A model generated the notes under the pieces. That model saw only the letters and a list, made by a program, of their open reading frames with translations, was not told the DNA's origin and made no database searches. A stretch of 64,000 nt of DNA, taken from NCBI GenBank assembly GCA_013265495.1, contig MU057416.1:986545-1050544 (forward strand), in the 5' to 3' direction. Numbering within the stretch: the stretch's first letter is position 1; each line of letters opens with the position of its first letter. The translations under genes and the position numbers were made by a program. Shown here piece by piece: positions 37,540 to 48,900 of this stretch. The stretch comes from Vicugna vicugna (lineage: Eukaryota).

Positions 37540-38600
37540 GTGAGCCCCCGACCCTCGGGGGCTGCGTCTCCACTGCCCCCGCAGAGAGGCGGGACGAGGA
37601 CCACCGTCCCCATTCTACGCCGAGAAAGTGAGGGCCCCAGAGATGCCCTTGGCTCTTTCGGGGGCCGGTGTCCGGGCTGGGCCCCCGAAGCCCTGCTCCT
37701 CCTGGCTCAGCCCGGGCTGCTGCTGGAGGATGAGTTTTACAGAGGCCGCCCAGCCGCCTGTTTGCGTGGAGGGAGCGCGCGCCCTTATGACCGCGTGCGG
37801 CGTAGCGGAGCTCAGAACAGGAGACACCGTCCTCCTCCAGCGACGCGCTGGCCGCCTGCGGTCACTCTGCAGTCCCCGCGGGTGGGGGTGGGAGCAGAGC
37901 ATCGCTGAAGCTGGGGCGCAAATGGCTTCCCTCGCTCCCAGCGCCGGGTTCCATCTGAGCCCCTCCCCTGACGTGTGCGAAGCGCGCGGCCACGGCCGTT
38001 TCCAGGCGCCGGCGCGCAGTGCTGAGCGGGGCCAGCAGCCCCCGCCTCGGCCAGGTGACCGCCAGCGCCCCCGGCCGCCGCGGCTCCTGCCGCGGGTGCC
38101 GCGCTTCCACGGGAGGCGGTTTGAATCCAAGATTTCGCGCTTTTTCAGGAGGGTGGGGAGGTGGAAACGATCGTCCTCCGTGATTCCAGGTGGGACGAAA
38201 AGAGCAACTTGAAATCGAAGCAAGAGACGAGGAAAATGGGGCGCCGGTGGGTCGAACAAAATCTGGCAGCTCTGAATTATTTACACGTTAAACGTTGCTG
38301 GTATCAGCTTGTTCTTACAGTTCCTTTTAGGAGCACGGCAGTTTTACTTCTGGTTAGAGCCGGGGAGGCCGAGGGCGGGGAACTGCCGCCCGCCTGCAGG
38401 CCTGATCTGGGGCAGCTGTGCGGGTCCTGCTGGGAGGACCAGGGAGGCAAGGCAGGGTGGCCCGGGGCGGCGCGGGGCGGCGGGGGGCCGGCCCCGTCAC
38501 GTCACCCCTGGCGCTGTGGACAAACGCTGGGCAGCGGGCGAGGGCCGAGGGGAGGGAGGGCTGATACCCCCTATGCAGACCCCCCTACCCCGCACGCACT
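37540..38600. promoter_or_regulatory. CpG island with CHR (TTTGAA 38120-38125) and E2F (TTTCGCGC 38133-38140) motifs; candidate cell-cycle promoter
   Basis: About 1 kb CpG-dense region. Exact canonical motifs 7 bp apart, plus the CHR variant CTTGAA at 38208-38213. Confidence 0.55.
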
Positions 38601-38712
38601 CCTTATGTGCCATCTGCTGGTGCCCCCACCTCCCCCCTTCGTGTCAACTACTTCACATTCTAATTTTAAGGCGGCCACAGAAGAAAAGTTAATACAGTAG
38701 AAATTATTATAG

Positions 38713-38713
<1 letters not shown>

Positions 38714-38745
<32 letters not shown>
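38714..38745. repeat. (CA)n microsatellite
   Basis: About 16 perfect units. Confidence 0.95.
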
Positions 38746-38747
<2 letters not shown>

Positions 38748-39281
38748 TTTCAAGAAATTCTCTTCATGACACGGCATTATAGTCAGACATATGCCAATAT
38801 TTTCTCCATTAAAACATGAACATCTCTCTTTAAAAATAAAAATAAAATTATAGGCATACTAAATTTATTTACTGGCTCACTTAACAAATGCCCCCCGCCT
38901 CCCTGGCAGGCCCCGGCAGCGTGTGCCAGGGGCACAGTGATGAGCCAAGCGGGGGCAGCCCTGACCTCACCCAGGAGTCATTTGCCCGAGGATGTAACAG
39001 GCGGCAAGTACTTAACCTTGCTTTCACTTTTAAAGACTATCCATTTTTTTCAGCAAATCGATACATATCAAATTGAACACTTGTATTAGTGGGGGGAAAC
39101 GTAGTTTTTGAGAGTTACTGCCACAGAGTTTAAATGTTCACTACACACTCGGAGGAACTGAAAGGAAGCAGGTTCCCTGAGCTTCCTGCTTCTTCCTGGA
39201 AGAAACCTACTGGAAGCGGGTACCATTCGAAGGTCCTAACCACCTCCGTATGTCGCTTTAAGCATCTTTGATGTTACAAGA

Positions 39282-39473
39282 CAGGACTATTCAAAGTGTG
39301 GTCCCCGACCTACATCATCAGCTTTACTTGGGAACCCATTATATTCACTCTAGCTGGCCCCAGCCTAGACCTACCCAATCGGAGCCTCCAGGAGGGGTGG
39401 GGACGTGGGGCCAGCAGTCGTGTTTCAGTGATCTTTTCAGGTGATTCTGATGTGCACAAGTGTGAAAGCCACT
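39282..39473. mobile_element. MER5A-like hAT-Charlie relic
   Basis: ttcaaagtgtggtcccc...catcagctttacttgggaac...cccagcctagacctac...caggtgattctgatgtgcacaagtgtgaaagccact. Confidence 0.8.
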
Positions 39474-41059
39474 TCTGAAAGATAGTGTCAATCCACTTGC
39501 TGGCTCTTTGCCTCCAGATAGTCCTTCTTCCCTGTTCCCCGCACCTGGAACCCCTTAAACGGATCTGTAGGCAGCTCCTGGTCCTTAGGCTGGAAAATAG
39601 GGCCGCCAAGGCTTGATCAGCATAAGAGGAGCTTACCTGGAGTTTCCCTCTGAGCTTTGAATTCAGCTTTGAGCACCTGGCTCTTTCTGGGTTCTCTCTA
39701 CCGGGTGTCACCTTGTGACTCGGCTCCAGTAACCCTGCCATCCTGCCCTACCTTGAGCCTCTGCCATGGGTCCCCTCTCAATGTCCTGACATCTTCCTTT
39801 CCGAAATGTCCCAGGTGGTGGGCCTCCCGCCCTGAAAGCCGAGCGCAGGGGCTACAGTCCCGCACCTGGCGGCCAGGCTTCTGTCCCACTCGCCCTTCCT
39901 GCCGGGTCCTTTGCCTCCAGCCTGCTGCCTGTGATCGGCTGTCAAATCTTCCACCTGCCGGCCACTGTCCCCTGATGTCACAGGTGTTCTCTGCAGTCAG
40001 CGGGGACTCCACCTGACCCCTGACAAGAGCCCTAAAGGACATTCTGTTTCCAGGTCTTAGGGACTCGTGGACAAACACCTTCCTATAATTTTAGTCGAGG
40101 AACGAAACTGTTTCCTAGGTGATGAAAGGAGAGATGGTTGTGCCACACAGGAAACCCTGTATCAAACACCTAACAACCTGCAGTGCGGGACACCTTAGGG
40201 GTGAAGCGTGTGTTGACAGTCCAATAACTTACAGCTCATTTATGGAGCAAAAATGATCTCCAAGTGCTGCTACCTTGCTTCCGTTACCTGGACCGACGTT
40301 CCCACGCCAGTGCGGGGTCTCATCCACGGCATCCTCTGCCGTGTCCCGTGTCTGGTGCAATACAGGACACGTGGTAGCACTCGGTAAACAGGCGTTGAGT
40401 AAACAAAGGCGCGGTCTGTTCCCTATCTCTCCCTGGGCAGCTAACTGATAAACTGGCCTCATCAGCATGATCACGTGCCTATAACATGTCATCAGGAGAG
40501 ACCTAAGGACTGAGAATCACCGCGGATGCAGGAAGAGGACAGAGAAGGCGGGGATCCAGTATGACACGAGCTCAGTTTCCCGGGACTTAGACAGCTAGAC
40601 CCAGCCCCCACTCAGCCTCTGTGGAACAGTCACCGACATGTAACTTAAGCCCTGGATGCCACGAATATCCTCATCTGCAAAATGGTAAGGTGGGACTCGA
40701 GAGTCTCAAAATGACTCTTCTGGCTCCATCATTCTAGGATCCCCCAGTGGACCAAAGTCCCTGATCTTTTGCCAGAATGTATACATGAATGTAGTTATTA
40801 AAACTAGACTGCCAGTGCTATGCCCTCCTGCAACAATCATCCATGAAAGGTTTTTAATGTCGAACAACCCAATACCTAGAAGCAAAGAGGAAAACACCCA
40901 TTTTTTTCCCTAACGGCTGTCAAATATTTATGCACTCAAATTGTTCTAAAATGAGAAAGTGGCTTGATGCACCCAATCCAAATAAAGCTTCAAGATAACA
41001 GGCAAAGGGGAAAAGAGACTAAGAGTGAATATTACTAGTTGGTTTGGACTGCTTGTTTT

Positions 41060-41575
41060 AAAACCAGATCAGGACCACCCATCATATAATTGAACTTTCT
41101 TAGCATGGCCTCTCAGCCCCACCCAATTCGGTCCCTCCTCCTTCTGTGCCCTTATCTCCTGCCCAGTTCCCCCCACACTCCGTTTCAGACACGCTGACCT
41201 GTTATGCCCCAGGGCATTTGCACAAGCTTGTCCCTCTGCCTCAAATGCCCCCCCACCCCCGCCCTTGGCACGGCTCACGCCTGCCCATCACCCAGGTCTC
41301 TGCTCAGACATCACCTCCTGTCCACAGTATTCAATGATGCCTGCCTGTGCCCCATTCAGTCACTCTCTGAACACTTTCCCTGGTTTATTTTCCTTCATAG
41401 CACTAATCCAAAATCATAGTATTTCTTTATTTTTAGCTATTTAAACTTTCCATCTCTAAGACCCTGATGTGACTTTGACAAGAGGGAGCGTGTTCATCTC
41501 TGGGTGCACAGTGCTCCGAGCGGCATCGGCACAGGGAAGGGGCTCCACAATATGTGTGAAATGAATGAACAAACG
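41060..41575 (+). mobile_element. L2 3' region
   Basis: ccccagggcatttgcacaagcttgtccctctgcctcaaatgcc...tttccttcatagcact...tgaaatgaatgaac. Confidence 0.75.
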
Positions 41576-41784
41576 TACAGTTTTCATACATAATTCAGGG
41601 GGAAAACTGCAAAAGGGCTTAAACAAGGGGAACAAGACAACCTAGCTAAATGATGTAACACAGTCCGTGAAGACGGAAGTCTGGAAACTATTCACAGTAA
41701 GAAAAGGGGAAGACAATCTCTTCAAGCACCTGGTTCAAGCTACCACTGTTGTTCAAACTTCCTAGATCCCAAATCTCAATTCTG

Positions 41785-41990
41785 TTTATTCATCAGATCA
41801 TTACCAAGCATTTATTACGCACCAGGCACTGTTGTAGGCACTGTTGATATGGCAGTGAACACCGTAAATTCCCTGCCATCAAAGAGCTCACATTCTAGCG
41901 AGGGCTACGGGTCATACACAATTTTAAAATAACGTAGGCAAATAAATAAAGAATATAACGTCAGATACGTGCTAAGGAGAAAAACAGCAC
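41785..41990 (-). mobile_element. L2 3' end fragment
   Basis: ccaagcatttattacgcaccaggcactgttgtaggcactg...ccctgccatcaaagagctcacattctag. Confidence 0.75.
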
Positions 41991-42589
41991 AGAGCACATA
42001 CTCATCTGTAATACATAGTTACGGGCTGGCTGGATGGGTGGGTGGACAGACAGACAGATCCACATCGATGGGCTTTGCAAACACCTGGAAATCGCCACCA
42101 GGAGGGAAGAATCACCTCCAAAGTCTTGTCAAACGTGCTGATTCAGCCCACGACAGACCAGAAGCTCTGCCCCGCCACATCTCCCTCAGGCTCTCCTCTG
42201 ACTCCAGTGGCACCAGAGGCAGCCAGGCTGGTGGGGGTGAGGGACTGACGGAAAAGAAAGAGACTGAGCCAACCCCTTCCTCAGTGTTTGCAGAAGCCTG
42301 AAGTCTGCCCCCGAGAAGAACAAAATTCCTGCATTTCCCTGAAGTTTAGGATTTTTTAATTTTTACAATAGATGCAACATATTGCTGCCAGGCTGCATCA
42401 GTCACTCACCTTTTTTTTTTTTTAATTATCTGCCTTACTTTACCAGAATAGAGGCTCTCAGAGGGCAAAGAATGGGTCGATTTTGTTCACTACTTTAGCC
42501 CTGGTGTGAGAAGTGCCTCCATTCCACATTAAGTGCCCAACGAATATTTGTTGAAATGAAAAAAAAAAAAAAGACATGTTCATTAGTAA

Positions 42590-43490
42590 AATGCAAGAGA
42601 GTTAAAAGTGAAATCACAAGTGGGAAAATACATTTACAACCCACATCATAAAATGGTTAGCCTACAGAATATATGAAAATACCTGCAAATTAATTAGACA
42701 ACAACTCCAGTAAGAAATGTAGCAAAAATACTTGAATGGGGACTTGACAAAGGAGGCGATGCACACATATTAATTAGATGCTTATGCTCATTAGCAATGA
42801 GAGGAATGCAAAACGAGCCACAATGAGATTTTGTAACACATGCACCAGAGTGGCATACGTTTAAATTTAAATTCCCAGCAACACCAAATGCTGCCAGCTT
42901 GGGAGGCGCTGGGAGCCCCCACACACTGCTGGTGGAGGTGGCTTCAGCGCAACCATTCTGGAAAACATTTGCCGTTGCCTGGTTGAAAACGCCTGTGCCC
43001 CCTGACCTTGTCATTTCAGTTGTGGGCAAACTCCCTAGAGAAACCCTGACACTCGGCTCCACACTCTACATACGAGAACGCTGCTAGGAGCACTGCCCTC
43101 ACAGCCCAGCAATGACAAACCCAAAGTTTCACAAACTAGACTAAATAAGTTGCCGCTCGTTTGTGCAGTGGGATACGGCAATAAAAATAAATGGCCTCCA
43201 GCTGCACACGGCCAGGTACACCGGTCTCAGGAACACGTCACAGGCGCAGGCTAGTTAGACACACCCAGCACGGCTGAACGCACACAAAGACAAGACGCAA
43301 CTGCTGTACGTTGTTCAGGGGTGTTTAGTGACTGTTTAGCCGTCACTAAAGGGGGGCGTGACAGAAGGACTCCGAGGGGCAGCTAAGATATTGATGCTCT
43401 TTTTCTTCATCTGGGTAGAGGTTAAGAGGTGTTCCTTAATCATTTTTCAAAGCGCACATGTCTCCTACACACATCTGTCTTCAGCAGCTA
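42590..43490 (+). mobile_element. Ancient L1 (L1ME-like) 3' relic
   Basis: Degenerate ORF2-end and 3' UTR motifs (agatgcttatgctcattagcaatgagaggaatgcaaaa; caaccattctggaaaacatttg). Confidence 0.65.
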
Positions 43491-43697
43491 TTGCTTCACT
43501 AGTGCTGTGTTACAACTCCCAGATCTCCATGCCATGGTAAAAAAAACGTTTGTTTTCCTTGCTCCAGGGGTGAGCATTAGCTGCTCTTGGCGAGGACTGT
43601 GGACTGGGCTCAGGTCTGCTCGTGTGTCTCCTCCTTCCCCCTGGATCAACAACTCCCTGGGGCATGTCCTCCTGGTAGTCAGCAGAAGGACCAGAAG

Positions 43698-44750
43698 TCC
43701 AGATGGCCAACGGCACATGAAAGGATGCTCAACGTTGCTAATTATGGGAAATGCAAATCAAAACTACAATGAGGTACCACCCCATACCACTCAGAGTGGC
43801 CATCATTAAAAAGTCTACAAACAACAAATGCTGGAGAGGGTGTGGAGAAAAGGAAACCCTCCTACACTGCTGGTGGGAGTGTAAATTGGTGCAGCCACTA
43901 GGGAGAACAGTATGGAGGTTCCTTAAAAAACTGAAGATAGCACAGGGAAGTATATACAAGATCTTGTGGTAGCTCACGGCAAAAAAAAAAAAAGTGACAA
44001 TGAATATATGTATGTTCATGTATAACTGAAAAATTGTTCTCTACACTGGAATTTGACACAACATTGTAAAATGACTCTAACTCAATAAAAAAATGTAAAA
44101 AAAGAAAAACTAATGATAGCATTACCACATGATCCAGCAATCCCACTGCTGGGCACATAGCTGGAGAAAACTCCAATTCAAAAAGATACATGCAGCCCAA
44201 CATTCATAGCAGCACTATTTACAATAGACAAGATGTGGAAGCAACCTAAATGTCCATCAACAGATGACTAGATAAAGAAGATGTGGTGTATATACAATGG
44301 AATACTACTCAGCCATAAAAAAGAATGAAATAACACCATTGGCAGCTACATGGATGGACCTAGACATTATCATACCAAGTGAAGTAAGTCAGACAGACAA
44401 ATATCATATATCACTTATATGTGGAATCTAAAAAAATGGATACAAATGAACATATTTAGAAATCAGAAATAGACTCACAGACATGGAAAACAAACTATGG
44501 TTACCAAAGGGGAAAGGGGAAGGAGGGGGAACAAATTAGGAGTTTGGGATTAGCAGATACAAACTACTCTATATAAAACAGATAAACAACAAGGTTCTAC
44601 TGTAGAGCACAGGGAACGCCATTCAATATCTTGTAACAATCTATAATGAAAAAGACTATACATATCTCTCTGAATCTCCCTGCTGTACAGTTGAACTAAC
44701 ACAACATTATAAATCAACTATACTTCAATAAAAAAAAATTTAAAAAAAAG
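43698..44750 (+). mobile_element. 5'-truncated L1 (ORF2 C-terminal cysteine-rich region plus 3' UTR)
   Basis: ORF 43751-43972 [10 protein letters not shown]...[35 protein letters not shown]. The element resumes after a nested insert and ends in AATAAA and poly-A at about 44730-44750. Confidence 0.95.
43943..44104 (+). mobile_element. Nested younger L1 3' tip inside the host L1 ORF2
   Basis: Same 3' UTR type as 991-1150. Flanked by AAAAACTGAAGATAGCA / AAAAACTAATGATAGCA. Confidence 0.88.
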
Positions 44751-44824
44751 AAATACAAGAAGCCAAGTCAAATCCACAGGAAGATTTACAACCTCTGTTC
44801 CCCATCACAGACGTGAAGATTCCA

Positions 44825-45592
44825 CTGGCTGGCACGTAAAAAGATGTTCAACATCACTGGGGAAAGAAAATCAAAACCACAATAAGATACAACTTCACAC
44901 CTACTAGGATGGCTGTAATCAAAATGACAGACAGTAACAGGTGCTGATGAAGACACGGAGGAACTGAAACCTTCATATGTTGCTGATGGGGATGTAAAAT
45001 GATGCATCCACAATGGAAAACAGACTGGCAGTTCCTCAGACTGTCAGACTTGGAGGGGCCACATGACCCAGTTCTAACCCTAGGTATATACGTAAGGGAC
45101 TCAAAAACATATGCTTATCCAAAAACTTAACCGAATTACTCATGGCAGCCAAATAGTGGAAGCAAATCAAGTGTCCACTAAATTGAGTGGATAAAGAAAC
45201 TGGCCCATCCCTACAGTGGAATATTATTTGACCATAAAAAGAAATGAAATACCGATACATGTTACAACATGGACAAGCCTTGCAAACAATCTACTGAGTC
45301 AAAGAAGCCAGACCCAATGACCATGAAGTGCACGGTCCCATTTCCATGAAATGCCCAGGAAGGGCAAGTCCACAAAGCAAGCAAGCAGATGAGTGGTTGC
45401 CTGGGGTGCCAGAAGGGGAGATACAGGGGTTCTTCTAGTGGGTCTGGGGCTCCTTTCTGGGGTGACTGGACTGTTCTGGAATTAGATCATGGCAGTGGTT
45501 GCACAACTTCATGGATATACTAAAAACCACCGAATTGTACACTTTCAAATGGTGAATTTTATGGTATGTGAATTATGTCTCAATAAAAAATA
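44825..45592 (+). mobile_element. Old L1 (L1MB-like) 3' end
   Basis: aaatcaaaaccacaataagatacaacttcacacctactaggatggct...gaattgtacactttcaaatggtgaattttatggtatgtgaattatgtctcaataaa. Confidence 0.85.
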
Positions 45593-45800
45593 AGATTCCA
45601 TTAGCCAAAGTAAATCAATGAGATGAGAAAACACGTATGTTCTCCCTGTTCTACAAAGAGGGACCACAAAGCCACAAGGCAAAGGCTGGGGTGCTGGAGG
45701 GAGTAAAAAGTGGAAGAAACAATCTGACCTACTGAAAGTAACTTTCTGTATTTTTATAAGTATTAAACGTGCCTTTAAAGCTTAAAAAGCAAGGAGTCGT

Positions 45801-45936
45801 GGGGGAGAGTAGAGCTCAATGGTAGAGGGCGTGCTTAGCATGCACTAGGTCCTGGGTTCAATCCCCAGTCCCTCCATTAATAAATAAATAAATAAACCTA
45901 ATTACATCCCCCCACAACAACAACAACAAAAAAAAA
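45801..45936 (+). mobile_element. tRNA-Ala-derived SINE (Vic-1-like)
   Basis: gggggagagtagagctcaatggtagagggcgtgcttagcatgcactaggtcctgggttcaatccccagt...acctaattacatcccccc. Confidence 0.92.
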
Positions 45937-45943
45937 GGAGGGA

Positions 45944-46073
45944 TTTTTTGGGGGGTGGGGGTAGGTACTTAGGCTTACTTATTTATTTATTCTTAGAGGA
46001 GGGACCGGGGATGGAACCTATCACCTCGTGCACGCTAAGCGCGCGCTCCACCCCTGAGCTCCGCCCTCACCCC
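45944..46073 (-). mobile_element. tRNA-Ala-derived SINE (Vic-1-like), GC-shifted, tail-to-tail with the previous copy
   Basis: aggtacttaggcttactt...ggagggaccggggatggaacc...gcacgctaagcgcgcgctccacccctgagctccgccctc. Confidence 0.88.
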
Positions 46074-47819
46074 GAGGGGGACACTCTTACCAACGAGAAA
46101 CCCTGGCACGCCCGGCCGTAACTTAAACGCACACACACAGAAACACACACACACAGAAACACACAGGCGCACACACACCCATCCTGCAGAAATCCTTTTA
46201 GGAGCTCCTTGGAACAAAATGGAAATAAACCATAAAATACCACTAATTAAGGATGAGAAACAATTGGAATTTGTGAATCATCCGAATTGTAAGTATTCCT
46301 GAGATAGGGATTCAGTCCTTTCAAGTAGAAAACAGCATAATCTCGAGGGAAAAAAATCAGCTGGCAGAGGTCTTCTGAAGATTTAAAATTGCAATTAGCA
46401 CGTGATTTGTCCGCATATGAATTCTGCTTCTCGAGTACTTAGTGGAATTTTTGAAGTGCCTCGAAACATCGATTCTGTTGAACTTAAAAATCTCCTCCTA
46501 CCCTCAGGTTTTGCTTACAGGTTTAATGTGTGGTATCTGTAAACTGTTTGCTTAGCAAAATAGACCTGAGGATGGCTCCGGCCGCAGCCTTCACCAGCTG
46601 GAAGTCACTCACGTTCCAACTCCATTTGAGAACCATCAGCAGATCACAGAAAAGCAGTGAGTGGGAAGAAGAGAGTCTCGAAGTTCAGGTCTCAGAGCTA
46701 AGGCACCTGGGTGTCCTGATTCGGCACCTGCCTCGCGTTCATCCCTTCACACCAGACGCCTGAGAACAGCAGGCCCTCCCGCATGGAAATTCCTCGTTAA
46801 ATCTTGGCTTTCTCCAAAATGGATCCGATCGTGTGACACTCAGACTCGTATCGTAACTCTCTTTCTCACCAGAACCAAAATATCCCACGTAAGCAGGGGC
46901 AAAAGTCTGCAGGCCATCAGCAGGTTCCAAAGGAATGACTCTTTGCATCAAGATCCATGCACGTGACCCTGCTAAATCGCAGCGACCCCTCACCCTGGAG
47001 CCCACCCTCGCCCTCAGCTCCTCAGACGGGCGCACCGTGGGCTGGAGAACGCTCGATTCCAGGAGTCATCAGGGAAAAAGAGGGAGAGAGGGCAAATGAG
47101 CCCTGAAGACCAGACAGAGAAAGGAGACAAGAAAAGGCCAGTGCGTGGGTCAGGAGTAGTTCTTGGACGAACGACTCAGCAAACACTGTTGGGGGCGACA
47201 GGAACCAGAAACACAAGGGTTGGTGCCTGTCGAAATGATAAAGTGCCTGTCAGCACGGAGGATGCCCACATCCAGCAGTTCCGTGCGCACACTGACTTCT
47301 CACTGATTTCCAGTAGAAGTCAGGGTGTTCTTCAGTGTGGTATTAGCATAACCTCACTGATGAAAAAAGCTGTTAAAAAAAATCTAGCCTACCACAGTAT
47401 TTAGCCACAGGTACACCTCTTTTGATATCAAAAGGTGCCCCACGACGTGTTCATCAACGCAGCTCAGATCTGTTGTCAGCACCTAGACGTGCGAAGAAGA
47501 GGAGCCGTGGGCATAACCAGCACGAGGGCCCGCTAGGACGGAAGGAGGGAGGCGGGCAAGCCAGCCGTGAGGGGGGAAGCCCTGCCCCGCCAGGCCCCCG
47601 AGAAGCTGGAGAGCCGCTGGCTTTGGAAGTCTCTACAAATACGACTATAGGAACAATCCTTTCAAACATTAAGAACATGAATTAAATGATTTCTCAGGCA
47701 GGTGGAATTTTTCAAATGATTCTTTCCTTTCTCCCTAAGACAGCAGAGTTAGAGATTTTAAGGCGCTGGGCACCCGCTCCACCATCAGGCGGCTGCCCGC
47801 TCTCCCTCCCAGGCCCTGG

Positions 47820-48300
47820 GAGAGCTTGAAGGGCCTAATGAGACGCCCAGTGCCCCTCGCCCCGGGAGAGTGTCGGCTGAGTCCCCCGCAGGCGAGGCCA
47901 GCGCCGGCTCCCGCATCAGGGCTCCGGCCCGCACCCCGCGCGGCGCCGCAGGGCGCGGCCTCGGGCGCGACGGGACACTCGCGCCAAGCGCGCAGGGCCT
48001 CCTCCGGGGTCACGGCGACGCGTCCTATTAGCGCTGAAGACACCTGCAGGATCTGCACGCTACGCTGCCCCTCGGCCTCCCCTGGACGCAGTTTGCCTTC
48101 TGCTGCACTAAGCGGCTGAGGACAGCTCTTTCTTGACGAGGAGGATTTAGTCGTCCCTCAGCGGTGCTCTGAGAGCCACGAGCGTCGAAACCAGGCCCTT
48201 CGAGGCAAGCTAACAGCGCGGCTACTGCGTTTACCGTCAGCGTGCTCAGCCTGGAAGGACTCCTTCCCTCGCACACAGGAGAGAGGACAGCGCCGGGTGG
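47820..48300. promoter_or_regulatory. CpG/GC-rich patch
   Basis: Dense CpG (cgcggcgccgcagggcgcggcctcgggcgcgacg). Confidence 0.5.
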
Positions 48301-48734
48301 TCAGAAGGCCAATGGTACGAAAGCCAAAGTCAGGCTCCACTACTTACTTCCTCTGTGGCTTTGGACGCGGTACGTGGCCCCCCCAAGACTCGGTGTTTTC
48401 ATCAGGGAAATGGGCGGGTAATTCCCTCGCTCGCATTGTCGAGCGGATTAGAGATCAATGTGAGCGACGCTTTGCAATTATTAGAAGCTATAAACACAGA
48501 AGGTGGTATTATTGTTACTGTTATGACTCATAGAATTACGAAGGGCAAGAAGCAAGCACAGACTTCCCCAGAGTGAAGTGGACTAAAACGAGTCATAAAC
48601 GTGCTTTCAGGAGAGTGTCTGGTTCGGAAGCTTCCAGTGAACGGATTTGATTGAAATTTCTTTCAAATTAGTAGTTGCACCTGGCCGACGGTCTGCTGCC
48701 TCAGAACATACTCACGCCAAAGTTAAGAAAGAAA

Positions 48735-48900
48735 GGGTGAGGAAGGTACAGCTCAGTGGTGGAGCTCACGCTTAGCATGCATGAGGTCCTCGGTTCAATC
48801 CCCAGCGCCTCCATTAAAAATAAACAAATAATCCTAATTTCCTGCCCTCCCCCAAATAAAAATAAAAAATAAATAAAGGGGAAGGGCAAATTAAAAAAAA
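48735..48900 (+). mobile_element. tRNA-Ala-derived SINE (Vic-1-like)
   Basis: ggtacagctcagtggtggagctcacgcttagcatgcatgaggtcctcggttcaatccccagcgcctcca. Confidence 0.9.

Noticed and set aside
37615..38259. About 200-aa ORFs on both strands over the CpG island
   Set aside because: Alternative-start, low-complexity ORFs partly overlapping MIR sequence.
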